From the NCBI GenBank assembly GCA_041480845.1, contig JBGPAU010000001.1, positions 5,382-69,381 on the forward strand: 64,000 bases of DNA, in the 5' to 3' direction. The notes beneath the pieces were generated by a model. That model saw nothing but the letters and a program-made list of their open reading frames with translations. It did not search any database and was not told the DNA's origin. The stretch's first letter is position 1, and each line of letters begins with the position of its first letter. The stretch is from Patescibacteria group bacterium. Lineage in GTDB: Bacteria; Patescibacteriota; Microgenomatia; UBA8517. Shown here one piece after another: positions 27,577-36,503 of this stretch. A program made the position numbers and the translations under genes.

Positions 27577-28841
27577 GCAAGATAAAACACATTTGGGCAA
27601 GGGAAATTCTTGATTCAAGAGGGATTCCCACCGTGGAGACGGCTTGTATGCTGGAAGATGGTCAAGTTTGCGTATCATCTGTTCCGGCAGGAACTTCGAC
27701 AGGTACTCATGAGGCACTTGAACTTAGAGATACAAATAACCCGAGATATTTGGGTCAGGGTGTTGCCCAGGCGGTTGATAACGTTAATTCGGTATTAGGA
27801 CCGGCCATAATCGGCCTGGACCCCGTTGATCAATTCGGAATTGACAAAAAACTTATAGATTTGGACGGAACTGAAAATAAATCAAAATATGGCGCGAATG
27901 CGATTCTTTCTGTTTCGGAAGTTATTACAAAATGCGGAGCAGTTTCTTCCGGTCAGGCGCTCTATGCGTGGATATACGCGCTCGCTTCAAAAGCCGGTGT
28001 TACTCAAAAAGTAAAAATTCCGATTCCTCTTTTCAATATGATTAACGGAGGCAAGCATGGCGCGGGCAACCTTGATTTTCAGGAATTTTGGGTTGTGCCG
28101 GCAAGTAATAAAAGTTTTATTGACGGCCTCCAGATGGGTGCGGAAATTTATCAAACAATCGGTCAAAACCTTTCCCATAGAGGCGCAATTCACTCAGTCG
28201 GCCAGGAAGGGGGTTATGCTCCAAATCTTTTTACAAACACTGATGCTTTTGAAGTTTTTGTGGAATCGATTAAAGAAACACAATATTCTCTCGGACGCGA
28301 TGTTTTTCTTGGGTTAGACGTTGCCGCGAACTCATTTTACAAAGATGGTCAATATTTAATCAAAGATAAAAGTAGCGGCATGGATGATTACCAATTTCTT
28401 GAATTTTACAAATCATTGTTTGATCAGTACAAATTGGCAATTGTAGAAGACGCATTTTATGAGGACGCTTGGGATAGTTGGAAAAAACTTACCGCGGAAC
28501 TTTCAACTGAATTGATAATTGTAGGGGACGATTTGCTGGCTACGAATCTTAAGCGTGTTCAGAAGGCGATTCAGGAAAAAGCCTGTAACGCTGTTGTAAT
28601 AAAGCCCAATCAGATCGGTACGGTTTCGGAAACTTTAAATGTTGTCAAAGCCGCAAAAGACGTTATGTGGAAGATTGTTGTTTCTCACCGGTCAGGGGAA
28701 ACAAACGATAGTTTCATAGCTGATTTTGCCGTGGGTGTTGCTGCAGATTATATAAAGTCGGGTGCACCTGCAAGGGGTGAACGCGTGGCTAAATACAACC
28801 GCCTTTCCGCAATTGAAATGGAATTGGCACAAATGAAATAA
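27573..28841 (+). CDS. eno: Enolase.
   Basis: N-terminus IxAREILDSRG.PTVE and enolase signature regions. Confidence 0.95.
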   Translation: MSKIKHIWAREILDSRGIPTVETACMLEDGQVCVSSVPAGTSTGTHEALELRDTNNPRYLGQGVAQAVDNVNSVLGPAIIGLDPVDQFGIDKKLIDLDGTENKSKYGANAILSVSEVITKCGAVSSGQALYAWIYALASKAGVTQKVKIPIPLFNMINGGKHGAGNLDFQEFWVVPASNKSFIDGLQMGAEIYQTIGQNLSHRGAIHSVGQEGGYAPNLFTNTDAFEVFVESIKETQYSLGRDVFLGLDVAANSFYKDGQYLIKDKSSGMDDYQFLEFYKSLFDQYKLAIVEDAFYEDAWDSWKKLTAELSTELIIVGDDLLATNLKRVQKAIQEKACNAVVIKPNQIGTVSETLNVVKAAKDVMWKIVVSHRSGETNDSFIADFAVGVAADYIKSGAPARGERVAKYNRLSAIEMELAQMK

Positions 28842-28842
28842 A

Positions 28843-30510
28843 ATGGAGCAAGGTTCTTCAAATTTTGTTCTTCTTGTAGTTTTAGACGGATGGGGAATGG
28901 CTGCCCCGGGACCGGGTAATGCAATTACCCAATCCGAAACTCCCAATATGAATAAATTCTTTGCATCATATCCTCACACTTCCTTGCAGGCATCCGGAGA
29001 GGCCGCGGGTCTTCCACGGGGAGAAAACGGCAACACCGAGACGGGACATCTTAACCTTGGAGCCGGCAGGATTGTTTATCAAGATTTACAAAGAATTAAT
29101 ATGAGTATAGCGGACGGTGGTTTTTATCAAAACCAGGTTTTAATAGGGGCGATAGAACACGCAAAAGCAAACGGCAGCAATTTACATTTAATGGGCCTCG
29201 TTGGTGCAGGCGGTGTTCATAGTAATTTAGAACATCTGTTTGCTTTAATAGAACTGTGCAAACGTAATAATTTTGACAGAGTTTATTTGCATCTTTTTAC
29301 CGACGGAAGAGATTCTCCGCCAACCGCGGCCAAAATTTATATCAGCCAGCTTAGGGAAGTTTTGACAAGACAGAATATAGGCAAAATTGCAAGTGTAATG
29401 GGCAGATATTGGGCGATGGATAGGGACATGAGATGGGAAAGAACGGCTAAGGCGTATTTCGCTATAACGAAGGGTGTTGGGCAGCTTGTCAAAACACCTG
29501 AGGAGGGGATTGATGCCTCATACACTGAAGGTAAAACAGACGAATTTATCGAGCCGTGTATAGTATCGGGAGCCGACGGACAACCGTTGTGTTTGATAAA
29601 AGATAATGATTCAGTCATTTTCTTCAATTTCAGAATAGACAGGCCCAGACAGCTGTCGCGCGCTTTTGTTTTTGAAGACTTTTCAAAAGCCAATCTTCCC
29701 GTGGGTTTTGATCCCTACCTTATCAAGTATCAAAAATCTCATCTCGCACAGCCCGTAGTAGGGATTAAAGAACCTTTTATCCGGGGTCCAAGACTTAATA
29801 ACCTCTATTTTGCCACCATGACTGAATATGAAAAGGCAATTGTTGAAGCCGAGGCTAAAATCGCCTTCCCGCCGGAGGTTGTGAAACTGCCTTTGGGCAG
29901 GGTTATTTCGGAAGCGGGATATAAACAATTAAGAGTTGCAGAAAGTGAGAAAGAAAGATTTGTTACATTTTATTTTAACGGACAGCAGGAAGCCGCTTTT
30001 GATGGTGAAGAACGTTTAATTATTCCCTCTCCCAAAATTGCGACTTACGACCTTAAACCTGAAATGAGTGCCAGGGAAGTAACCGAAAAAGTTTTATTAA
30101 AGTTGAAAGAGTCTCCCGATTATAAATTTGTTCTTATAAATTTTGCCAATCCCGATATGGTCGGGCATACGGGAAATATTGGTGCGGCGGTCAAGGCATG
30201 CCAGGTAGTTGATGAATGTTTGGGTAAGCTCAGTGACTGGGTATTCGCGTACGGCGGCAATATGATTGTTACTGCCGATCATGGGAATTGTGAGGAAATG
30301 ATTAATAATGAGACGGGTGCAATCGATACGGAACATAGCCGGAATCCTGTTCCCTTTATCGCGATTTCGCAAAAACTTGTTGGAAAATCCGTTACTCTTA
30401 CGGCTGGAATTTTAGCTGACATTGCCCCGACAGTATTAAAACTCTTAAACATTGATATCCCCTCAAGTATGACCGGGCACAACTTACTGGATTCTCAGTT
30501 TGATTTGTAA
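28843..30510 (+). CDS. gpmI: 2,3-bisphosphoglycerate-independent phosphoglycerate mutase.
   Basis: LVVLDGWG N-terminus, Ser phosphotransfer region, and metal-binding motifs (DGRD, ADHGN). Confidence 0.9.
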   Translation: MEQGSSNFVLLVVLDGWGMAAPGPGNAITQSETPNMNKFFASYPHTSLQASGEAAGLPRGENGNTETGHLNLGAGRIVYQDLQRINMSIADGGFYQNQVLIGAIEHAKANGSNLHLMGLVGAGGVHSNLEHLFALIELCKRNNFDRVYLHLFTDGRDSPPTAAKIYISQLREVLTRQNIGKIASVMGRYWAMDRDMRWERTAKAYFAITKGVGQLVKTPEEGIDASYTEGKTDEFIEPCIVSGADGQPLCLIKDNDSVIFFNFRIDRPRQLSRAFVFEDFSKANLPVGFDPYLIKYQKSHLAQPVVGIKEPFIRGPRLNNLYFATMTEYEKAIVEAEAKIAFPPEVVKLPLGRVISEAGYKQLRVAESEKERFVTFYFNGQQEAAFDGEERLIIPSPKIATYDLKPEMSAREVTEKVLLKLKESPDYKFVLINFANPDMVGHTGNIGAAVKACQVVDECLGKLSDWVFAYGGNMIVTADHGNCEEMINNETGAIDTEHSRNPVPFIAISQKLVGKSVTLTAGILADIAPTVLKLLNIDIPSSMTGHNLLDSQFDL

Positions 30511-30525
30511 AGAAAAAGAAGAAAA

Positions 30526-31149
30526 TTAGTTTTGGTATCTTCGCACTAAGCCCACAACCTTTCCCTGAATTCTTACATTTTTTACAAAAATCGGCTGCAT
30601 CTTGGCATTCGCCGGCTCAAGTCTGATTCTTGTAGTTTCTCTGAAAAATCTTTTAAGAGTAGCCATACCATTATCAAGAAGTGCAACAACTATTTCACCG
30701 TTTGTTGCGGCTTCTGCTTGCTCAATAATTACATGATCTCCATCCATTATTCCGTCTTCTATCATGCTTTCCCCGCGTACTTGCAAAACGTAAGTTCTTT
30801 TCTTTCCGCTGACGAAAGCTGCCGGAATATTCATGGTAGCATTGGGGTCGGTATACGGTTCAATTGGAGCCCCTGCTGCAATAAACCCCAAAATGGGAGC
30901 GTCAAACCCTTCGGGTGCTCCCAGGTTAACATCGCTTTGTGCCAAATCGATAGACCTCATTTTACCGGATTTACGGATAATAAGACCCTTAGCTTCCAAA
31001 GCCTGGAGATGCTCATGGACGGTAGCAAGAGATGAAACACCAATCGACTCTGCTATTTGTTTTAATGTCGGAGCTGTTCCGTTTGACTGAATATATTGCT
31101 TAATAAAACCAAGTATCTGTTTTTGTCTTTTATATATGATGATCGGCAT
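30526..31149 (-). CDS. lexA: LexA repressor (S24 peptidase).
   Basis: wHTH N-terminus, Ala-Gly cleavage site (AAGAP), and catalytic S (GESM) and K (TLKRF). Confidence 0.85.
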   Translation of the reverse strand: MPIIIYKRQKQILGFIKQYIQSNGTAPTLKQIAESIGVSSLATVHEHLQALEAKGLIIRKSGKMRSIDLAQSDVNLGAPEGFDAPILGFIAAGAPIEPYTDPNATMNIPAAFVSGKKRTYVLQVRGESMIEDGIMDGDHVIIEQAEAATNGEIVVALLDNGMATLKRFFRETTRIRLEPANAKMQPIFVKNVRIQGKVVGLVRRYQN

Positions 31150-31212
31150 GGTTCGATGTTGCTCACCATCAATATACGAAGATTACCCGAAGTGGTCAAG
31201 TACATCTTTCTA

Positions 31213-31268
31213 TATATAAATAGCACGCGATCCTGAGCCAAGTCGAAGGATCAACTGGATCTTTCTGT
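31213..31268 (+). promoter_or_regulatory. Conserved about 55-bp element in the lexA/uvrB divergent intergenic region. It has the form TATAYAAATAGCRCGC + hairpin GATCCUGAGCCAAGUCGAAGGAUC + ATCTTTCT. Candidate SOS operator or 5'-UTR structure; a near-identical copy lies at 59876-59930.
   Basis: Direct sequence comparison of the two copies. Stem bases covary (GATCCT/AGGATC versus GTCCT/AGGAC). Confidence 0.4.
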
Positions 31269-31280
31269 TACAATGTATCC

Positions 31281-33302
31281 ATGATGTTTAGACTTTCATC
31301 AAAATTTCAACCAATTCCCGACCAGGATAAAGCTATTTCGACTTTGTCTAATCGGATTTTGCTTGGAGAAAAATATCAAACACTGTTGGGTGTAACGGGA
31401 TCCGGTAAAACTTTTGCCATGGCAGGGGTAATTGAAAATGTTCAGCGTCCCACGCTTATTATTTCCCACAACAAAACATTGGCAGCCCAACTTTATCAGG
31501 AACTGAGAGATTTTTTTCCGAATAATGCCGTCAGCTATTTTGTATCTTATTATGATTATTACCAGCCGGAAGCTTATATCCCTTCAACTGATACATATAT
31601 TGAAAAGGACGCAGATATTAATGAAACCATTGATAAACTCCGTCTTGCGGCAACCACAAATCTTTTAACCCGTTCCGACACTATAGTCGTTGCTTCGGTT
31701 TCTTGTATTTATAACATAGGTTCGCCCCGTGAATACGGCCATTTTGTCTTGGAGTTTACGGAAGGAATGAAAATCGGTAGGGAGCAGATTATCGATCGGC
31801 TGGTGGACCTGCAGTACGAGCGGAGTGATTTTGGCTTTAACCGGGGAACTTTCAGGGTCCGCGGAAACGCAATCGACATTTATCCTGCTTATCTTGATCA
31901 GGGAGTTCATATTGAATTTGGCCAGGAAAAAATTGAGAAAGTCGAACTGATTAATCCGGTTACCGGAAATAAATCAGAGAAAAAAGAGGGTTTTGACCCC
32001 TCAAATTTTGTTTTATACCCGGCCAAACATTTTATGACAGATCCTTCTGCACACACCGATGCCTTTGATGCAATTAAAAAGGATTTGATGACCCGTGTGG
32101 CCCAACTTAAGAAAGAGGGAAAGATTTTGGAAGCTCATAGGATTGCTCAAAAGGTCACATATGACCTTGAAATGATAAAAGAGGTCGGCTACGTTAAAGG
32201 AATTGAAAATTATTCCAGATATTTTGACGGAAGAAAGGCCGGAGACGTACCGTTTTCTCTTTTGGATTATTTCAACGAGCCATATAAAGATAAGTGGTTG
32301 CTTTTGGTTGACGAATCCCATATGACTTTTCCCCAAATCCGTGGGATGTTTAACGGGGATCTTGCCCGGAAACAAACGTTAATCGATTACGGTTTTCGCT
32401 TACCTTCCGCACTTGATAATAGACCTTTGAGATTTGAGGAATTTATGCGCAGGGTTCCGAATTTCATTGCCAGCTCGGCAACACCTAACGAATGGGAAAT
32501 AAGCATGAGCGGCGGGAAAACCGTAGAACTATTGGTTCGCCCTACGGGAATTCCGGATCCCTTGGTAGAAATCCGACCGGTTAAAAATCAAGTAGCTGAC
32601 ATTATTGAGGAAATCAAAAAAACAGTAGGCAAAAAACAAAGAACTTTAGTTACAACTTTGACCAAAAGAACTGCCGAAGATTTAACAACTTACTTAAACG
32701 AGCAGGGATTAAATGTTCAGTACCTGCATTCGGATGTGGCAACTCTTGACCGGACGGATATTCTTGACGACCTAAGAAACGGCAAATATGACGTGCTTGT
32801 CGGTATCAATTTGCTTAGGGAGGGACTGGATCTGCCGGAAGTGAGCCTGGTAGCGATTTTGGATGCCGATAAAGAGGGTTTTTTACGAAGTGACGTAACA
32901 CTTATTCAAACGATGGGTAGGGCTGCCAGACACGTTGAGGGGCGTGTAATCATGTATGCCGACCATGTAACAGGGTCAATGGAAAGAGCCTTACACGAGG
33001 TTAAAAGGCGTCGTAAGTATCAGCTCGCGTACAACAAAAAGCACAATATAACTCCTGTTAGTGTCGAAAAGCCCATCCGTGGAAAATTGGTAGATAGGGA
33101 AGAAGGAGAGAAAGCCCCCTGGGTATTTGGTTCCAAAGAACCGATCTATGACAGTCTGCCTCATTTGGAAGTTGATTCCATGACGCCGATGGAGAAAAAG
33201 AGATTGATTAAGAATTTGACTACCGAAATGCGCATGTCTGCACAAGATTTAAATTTCGAACTGGCAGCAAAAATACGTGATACAATACTATCTCTTCAAT
33301 GA
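31281..33302 (+). CDS. uvrB: Excinuclease ABC subunit B.
   Basis: Helicase motifs (GVTGSGKT, DESH), beta-hairpin region, and C-terminal UvrB/UvrC interaction motif. Confidence 0.95.
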   Translation: MMFRLSSKFQPIPDQDKAISTLSNRILLGEKYQTLLGVTGSGKTFAMAGVIENVQRPTLIISHNKTLAAQLYQELRDFFPNNAVSYFVSYYDYYQPEAYIPSTDTYIEKDADINETIDKLRLAATTNLLTRSDTIVVASVSCIYNIGSPREYGHFVLEFTEGMKIGREQIIDRLVDLQYERSDFGFNRGTFRVRGNAIDIYPAYLDQGVHIEFGQEKIEKVELINPVTGNKSEKKEGFDPSNFVLYPAKHFMTDPSAHTDAFDAIKKDLMTRVAQLKKEGKILEAHRIAQKVTYDLEMIKEVGYVKGIENYSRYFDGRKAGDVPFSLLDYFNEPYKDKWLLLVDESHMTFPQIRGMFNGDLARKQTLIDYGFRLPSALDNRPLRFEEFMRRVPNFIASSATPNEWEISMSGGKTVELLVRPTGIPDPLVEIRPVKNQVADIIEEIKKTVGKKQRTLVTTLTKRTAEDLTTYLNEQGLNVQYLHSDVATLDRTDILDDLRNGKYDVLVGINLLREGLDLPEVSLVAILDADKEGFLRSDVTLIQTMGRAARHVEGRVIMYADHVTGSMERALHEVKRRRKYQLAYNKKHNITPVSVEKPIRGKLVDREEGEKAPWVFGSKEPIYDSLPHLEVDSMTPMEKKRLIKNLTTEMRMSAQDLNFELAAKIRDTILSLQ

Positions 33303-33529
33303 ACGAAAACGAAAGAAAATGTGATTTTAAAATCGTTGCGTTTGTTAATGGGAAAAGACAGGATATTATTTGTAATCAGGAAACCGGATGCCTAAGTAAA
33401 CTGGCTTGGTGTGGAATCGGGGTTAATCGGGCAGCTGCTCTCGTACTTGGGCGAAGTGTTAAGGGTGTTGAAGCATATGTTGATGGTGATTGCGAGGGCC
33501 GGACTTCTTCAGATTCTCCAAAGAGGTGA
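33299..33529 (+). CDS. Questionable small Cys-containing ORF between uvrB and uvrA.
   Basis: 76-aa ORF overlapping the uvrB stop (ATGA). No recognisable motif. The uvrA -10 (TATAAT at about 33527) lies at its end. Confidence 0.15.
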   Translation: MNENERKCDFKIVAFVNGKRQDIICNQETGCLSKLAWCGIGVNRAAALVLGRSVKGVEAYVDGDCEGRTSSDSPKR

Positions 33530-33571
33530 TATAATATTTCGTCCACCGGATAGAACCGGCGGGTACATTGC

Positions 33572-36484
33572 ATGGATAACTATATTAAAATTCGTGGTGC
33601 CCGACAGCACAATTTAAAAAATATTGATTTGGATATTCCCAAGAACAAACTTGTAGTTTTAACGGGGGTTTCCGGCAGTGGAAAAAGTTCGTTGGCTTTT
33701 GACACTCTTTACGCGGAAGGGCAAAGAAGGTATGTGGAATCACTTTCTTCCTATGCCAGACAATTCCTGGGTATTATGCAAAAACCTGACGTGGATTCAA
33801 TTGAAGGCCTTTCGCCTGCAATTTCCATTGATCAGAAGACCACTTCCCACAATCCCAGGAGTACGGTTGGCACAGTTACCGAAATTTACGATTACTTAAG
33901 GCTTCTATTTGCCAGAATTGGGCATCCTCATTGTCCGATTTGCGGACGGGAAATATCTCATCAAACACTTGATCAAATTGTTGATCAGGCGCTCGATTTG
34001 ATAGAGGCGACTGCAAAAAGCGATAGAAAAGCTTGGTTTCTGTTACTTTCCCCCATGGTTCAGGAACGAAAAGGCGAATTTTCCCAACTTTTTGAAAATT
34101 TAAAATCAAAAGGTTATCGTCAAGTTCGTATTGACGGATATATTCACGATTTGTCGGAAGATTTGGTTTTAATCAAGACAAACAAACACACAATTGAAGC
34201 CGTAATCGATCGGATAGCTCTTACTATAGATAGCTTAAGAGGACTGTCCTCTAAAGCTGAGGTAAAAAACAGATTGGCCGATTCGATACAACAAGCTCTT
34301 AATTTATCGGAAGGAATGGTGGTTTTAGCCCAAGTTCTTGATAAAGAGTTTAGTATGCCGTCTTCACCCAAAAAATTTGAGGACCATCTTTTTTCGGAAA
34401 GGTTTGCTTGTCCCGTTGATAACATTAACCTCCCAGAAATTGAACCGCGTTCGTTTTCTTTCAATTCACCTCAAGGGGCTTGCCCAACTTGCACAGGTTT
34501 GGGGAAAATTCTTAAAGTAGATTCCAATTTGGTATTTTCTCCGGAATTAACAATTATGGAAGGCGGGATTTTACCTTTTTCCAACATGTTTGAACACGAA
34601 ACCTGGTACGGCAGGCTGATCAAAAAAATGTGTGAAGAAAATAATATCAATATGCATATTGCGATTGGCGAATTGTCCGCCGATCAGATCAACATTCTCC
34701 TAAAAGGAACAGGAGATAGACAATATCATGTTTACGGAACAAACAGATTTGGGAGAGAAACTTATATTTGGGAGAAGTTTATTGGATTTACCGCGGAATT
34801 GGAAAGAAGATACTCCGAAAGTGAAAGTGATTGGGTTAAGGAGGAAATCAGAAAATATATGAGGGAAAAGATTTGTCCGCAGTGTGGGGGAACAAGACTC
34901 AAAAAAGAGGCGCTTTCTATCACGGTTGCAGATTTGTCTATCTCCGATGTAACCGAGTTTTCGATATTGACATGTATTGGTTGGATCGAGAAACTAGATA
35001 AAATTTTAAACGCGAGAGAAAAAGAAATAAGCCGACTTGTCATTAAGGAAACTTTGGGAAGACTAAAGTTTTTAATTTCGGTTGGTTTGGAATATTTAAC
35101 TCTAAACCGTGTTGCGGGATCACTGTCAGGAGGGGAGGCACAAAGAATAAGGTTGGCTTCCCAAATCGGATCCGGCTTAACAGGAGTTTTATATGTTCTG
35201 GATGAACCTACAATCGGACTTCACCCGCGGGATGATCAAAAACTGATTGATACTCTCAAAAATTTAAGGGATTTGGGAAATACAGTAGTAGTTGTAGAAC
35301 ATGATGCAACCATGATGCGACAAAGCGACTTTATTGCTGATTTTGGGCCGGGAGCGGGTAAACATGGCGGTGAAGTTGTTGCCACGGGATCACCTAAAGA
35401 AATCGAAAAAAATCCAAAATCACTTACCGGTAAATATTTATCTGGTAAGAAAGTAATTCAGTTAATCAGTAATTCAGTAAGTCAGTTGCCTATTAAAAAC
35501 GAAACGTTGAAAATATTTGGCGCAGACATGTATAATCTAAAAAATATTGATGTTGCCTTTCCCCTGGGAAAATTAATTGCAATTACAGGGGTCTCCGGTT
35601 CCGGCAAATCAACTTTATTGGTTGAGACTTTGTATCCGGCTCTCCAAAAAGAATTGTATACAAATTACCGCGGAGAGGCGGGAGGATATAAAAAAATTGA
35701 AGGATTGGAAAATGTAGATAAAGCGATTCTAATCGACCAAAGCCCCATCGGAAGGACACCAAGAAGTAATCCCGCTACATATACGGGGCTTTTTGACCCA
35801 ATTCGCGATGTTTACACCTTAACTCATGATGCCAAAACCGCAGGTTATAAAAAGGGCAGATTTTCTTTTAACGTCAGAGGAGGGAGGTGTGAAGCTTGCG
35901 AAGGACAGGGACAAATAAAGATTGAAATGCAGTTTATGAGCGATATTTGGGTAACTTGCGATGTTTGTCACGGAAGAAGGTATAACGCTCAGACTTTGGA
36001 AATTACCTACCGCGGTAAAAATATTGCGGAGGTGTTGGGTATGACCGTTGATGATGCGCTTGAGTTTTTTCATGCTCACCCGCAAATTGAAAGTAAACTT
36101 GAAACTTTGGATCTAGTTGGACTTGGATATATGGAACTCGGGCAACCCGCAACCACTCTTTCCGGAGGAGAAGCGCAGAGGGTTAAATTGGCAACCGAAC
36201 TTTCAAGGCGTTCTACAGGTAGAACAATTTATATTCTGGACGAACCCACAACAGGACTACATTTTGCCGACGTTGAGCGTCTAATGCGGGTACTAAAACT
36301 ACTCGTTCAAAAAGGTAACTCAGTTTTTGTAATTGAACACAATTTGGACGTGATTAAAAATTGCGATTATATTATCGATTTGGGACCCGAAGGGGGAGAC
36401 GCCGGGGGAGAGGTTGTGGCAATCGGAAAGCCACAGGATATTATTAAAAATAAGGCTTCATATACAGGAGAATATTTAAGGTAA
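33572..36484 (+). CDS. uvrA: Excinuclease ABC subunit A.
   Basis: Two ABC ATPase modules (GVSGSGKSS twice, LSGGE signature twice) and Zn-finger Cys clusters. Confidence 0.95.
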   Translation: MDNYIKIRGARQHNLKNIDLDIPKNKLVVLTGVSGSGKSSLAFDTLYAEGQRRYVESLSSYARQFLGIMQKPDVDSIEGLSPAISIDQKTTSHNPRSTVGTVTEIYDYLRLLFARIGHPHCPICGREISHQTLDQIVDQALDLIEATAKSDRKAWFLLLSPMVQERKGEFSQLFENLKSKGYRQVRIDGYIHDLSEDLVLIKTNKHTIEAVIDRIALTIDSLRGLSSKAEVKNRLADSIQQALNLSEGMVVLAQVLDKEFSMPSSPKKFEDHLFSERFACPVDNINLPEIEPRSFSFNSPQGACPTCTGLGKILKVDSNLVFSPELTIMEGGILPFSNMFEHETWYGRLIKKMCEENNINMHIAIGELSADQINILLKGTGDRQYHVYGTNRFGRETYIWEKFIGFTAELERRYSESESDWVKEEIRKYMREKICPQCGGTRLKKEALSITVADLSISDVTEFSILTCIGWIEKLDKILNAREKEISRLVIKETLGRLKFLISVGLEYLTLNRVAGSLSGGEAQRIRLASQIGSGLTGVLYVLDEPTIGLHPRDDQKLIDTLKNLRDLGNTVVVVEHDATMMRQSDFIADFGPGAGKHGGEVVATGSPKEIEKNPKSLTGKYLSGKKVIQLISNSVSQLPIKNETLKIFGADMYNLKNIDVAFPLGKLIAITGVSGSGKSTLLVETLYPALQKELYTNYRGEAGGYKKIEGLENVDKAILIDQSPIGRTPRSNPATYTGLFDPIRDVYTLTHDAKTAGYKKGRFSFNVRGGRCEACEGQGQIKIEMQFMSDIWVTCDVCHGRRYNAQTLEITYRGKNIAEVLGMTVDDALEFFHAHPQIESKLETLDLVGLGYMELGQPATTLSGGEAQRVKLATELSRRSTGRTIYILDEPTTGLHFADVERLMRVLKLLVQKGNSVFVIEHNLDVIKNCDYIIDLGPEGGDAGGEVVAIGKPQDIIKNKASYTGEYLR

Positions 36485-36503
36485 TTTCAGCTATACTAAA
36501 TAT

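Noticed and set aside
31150-31280. Canonical LexA boxes (CTGT-N8-ACAG, or Cheo-box CGAAC-N4-GTTCG) in the lexA/uvrB intergenic region.
   Set aside because: None found by eye. Only the novel conserved hairpin element is present.
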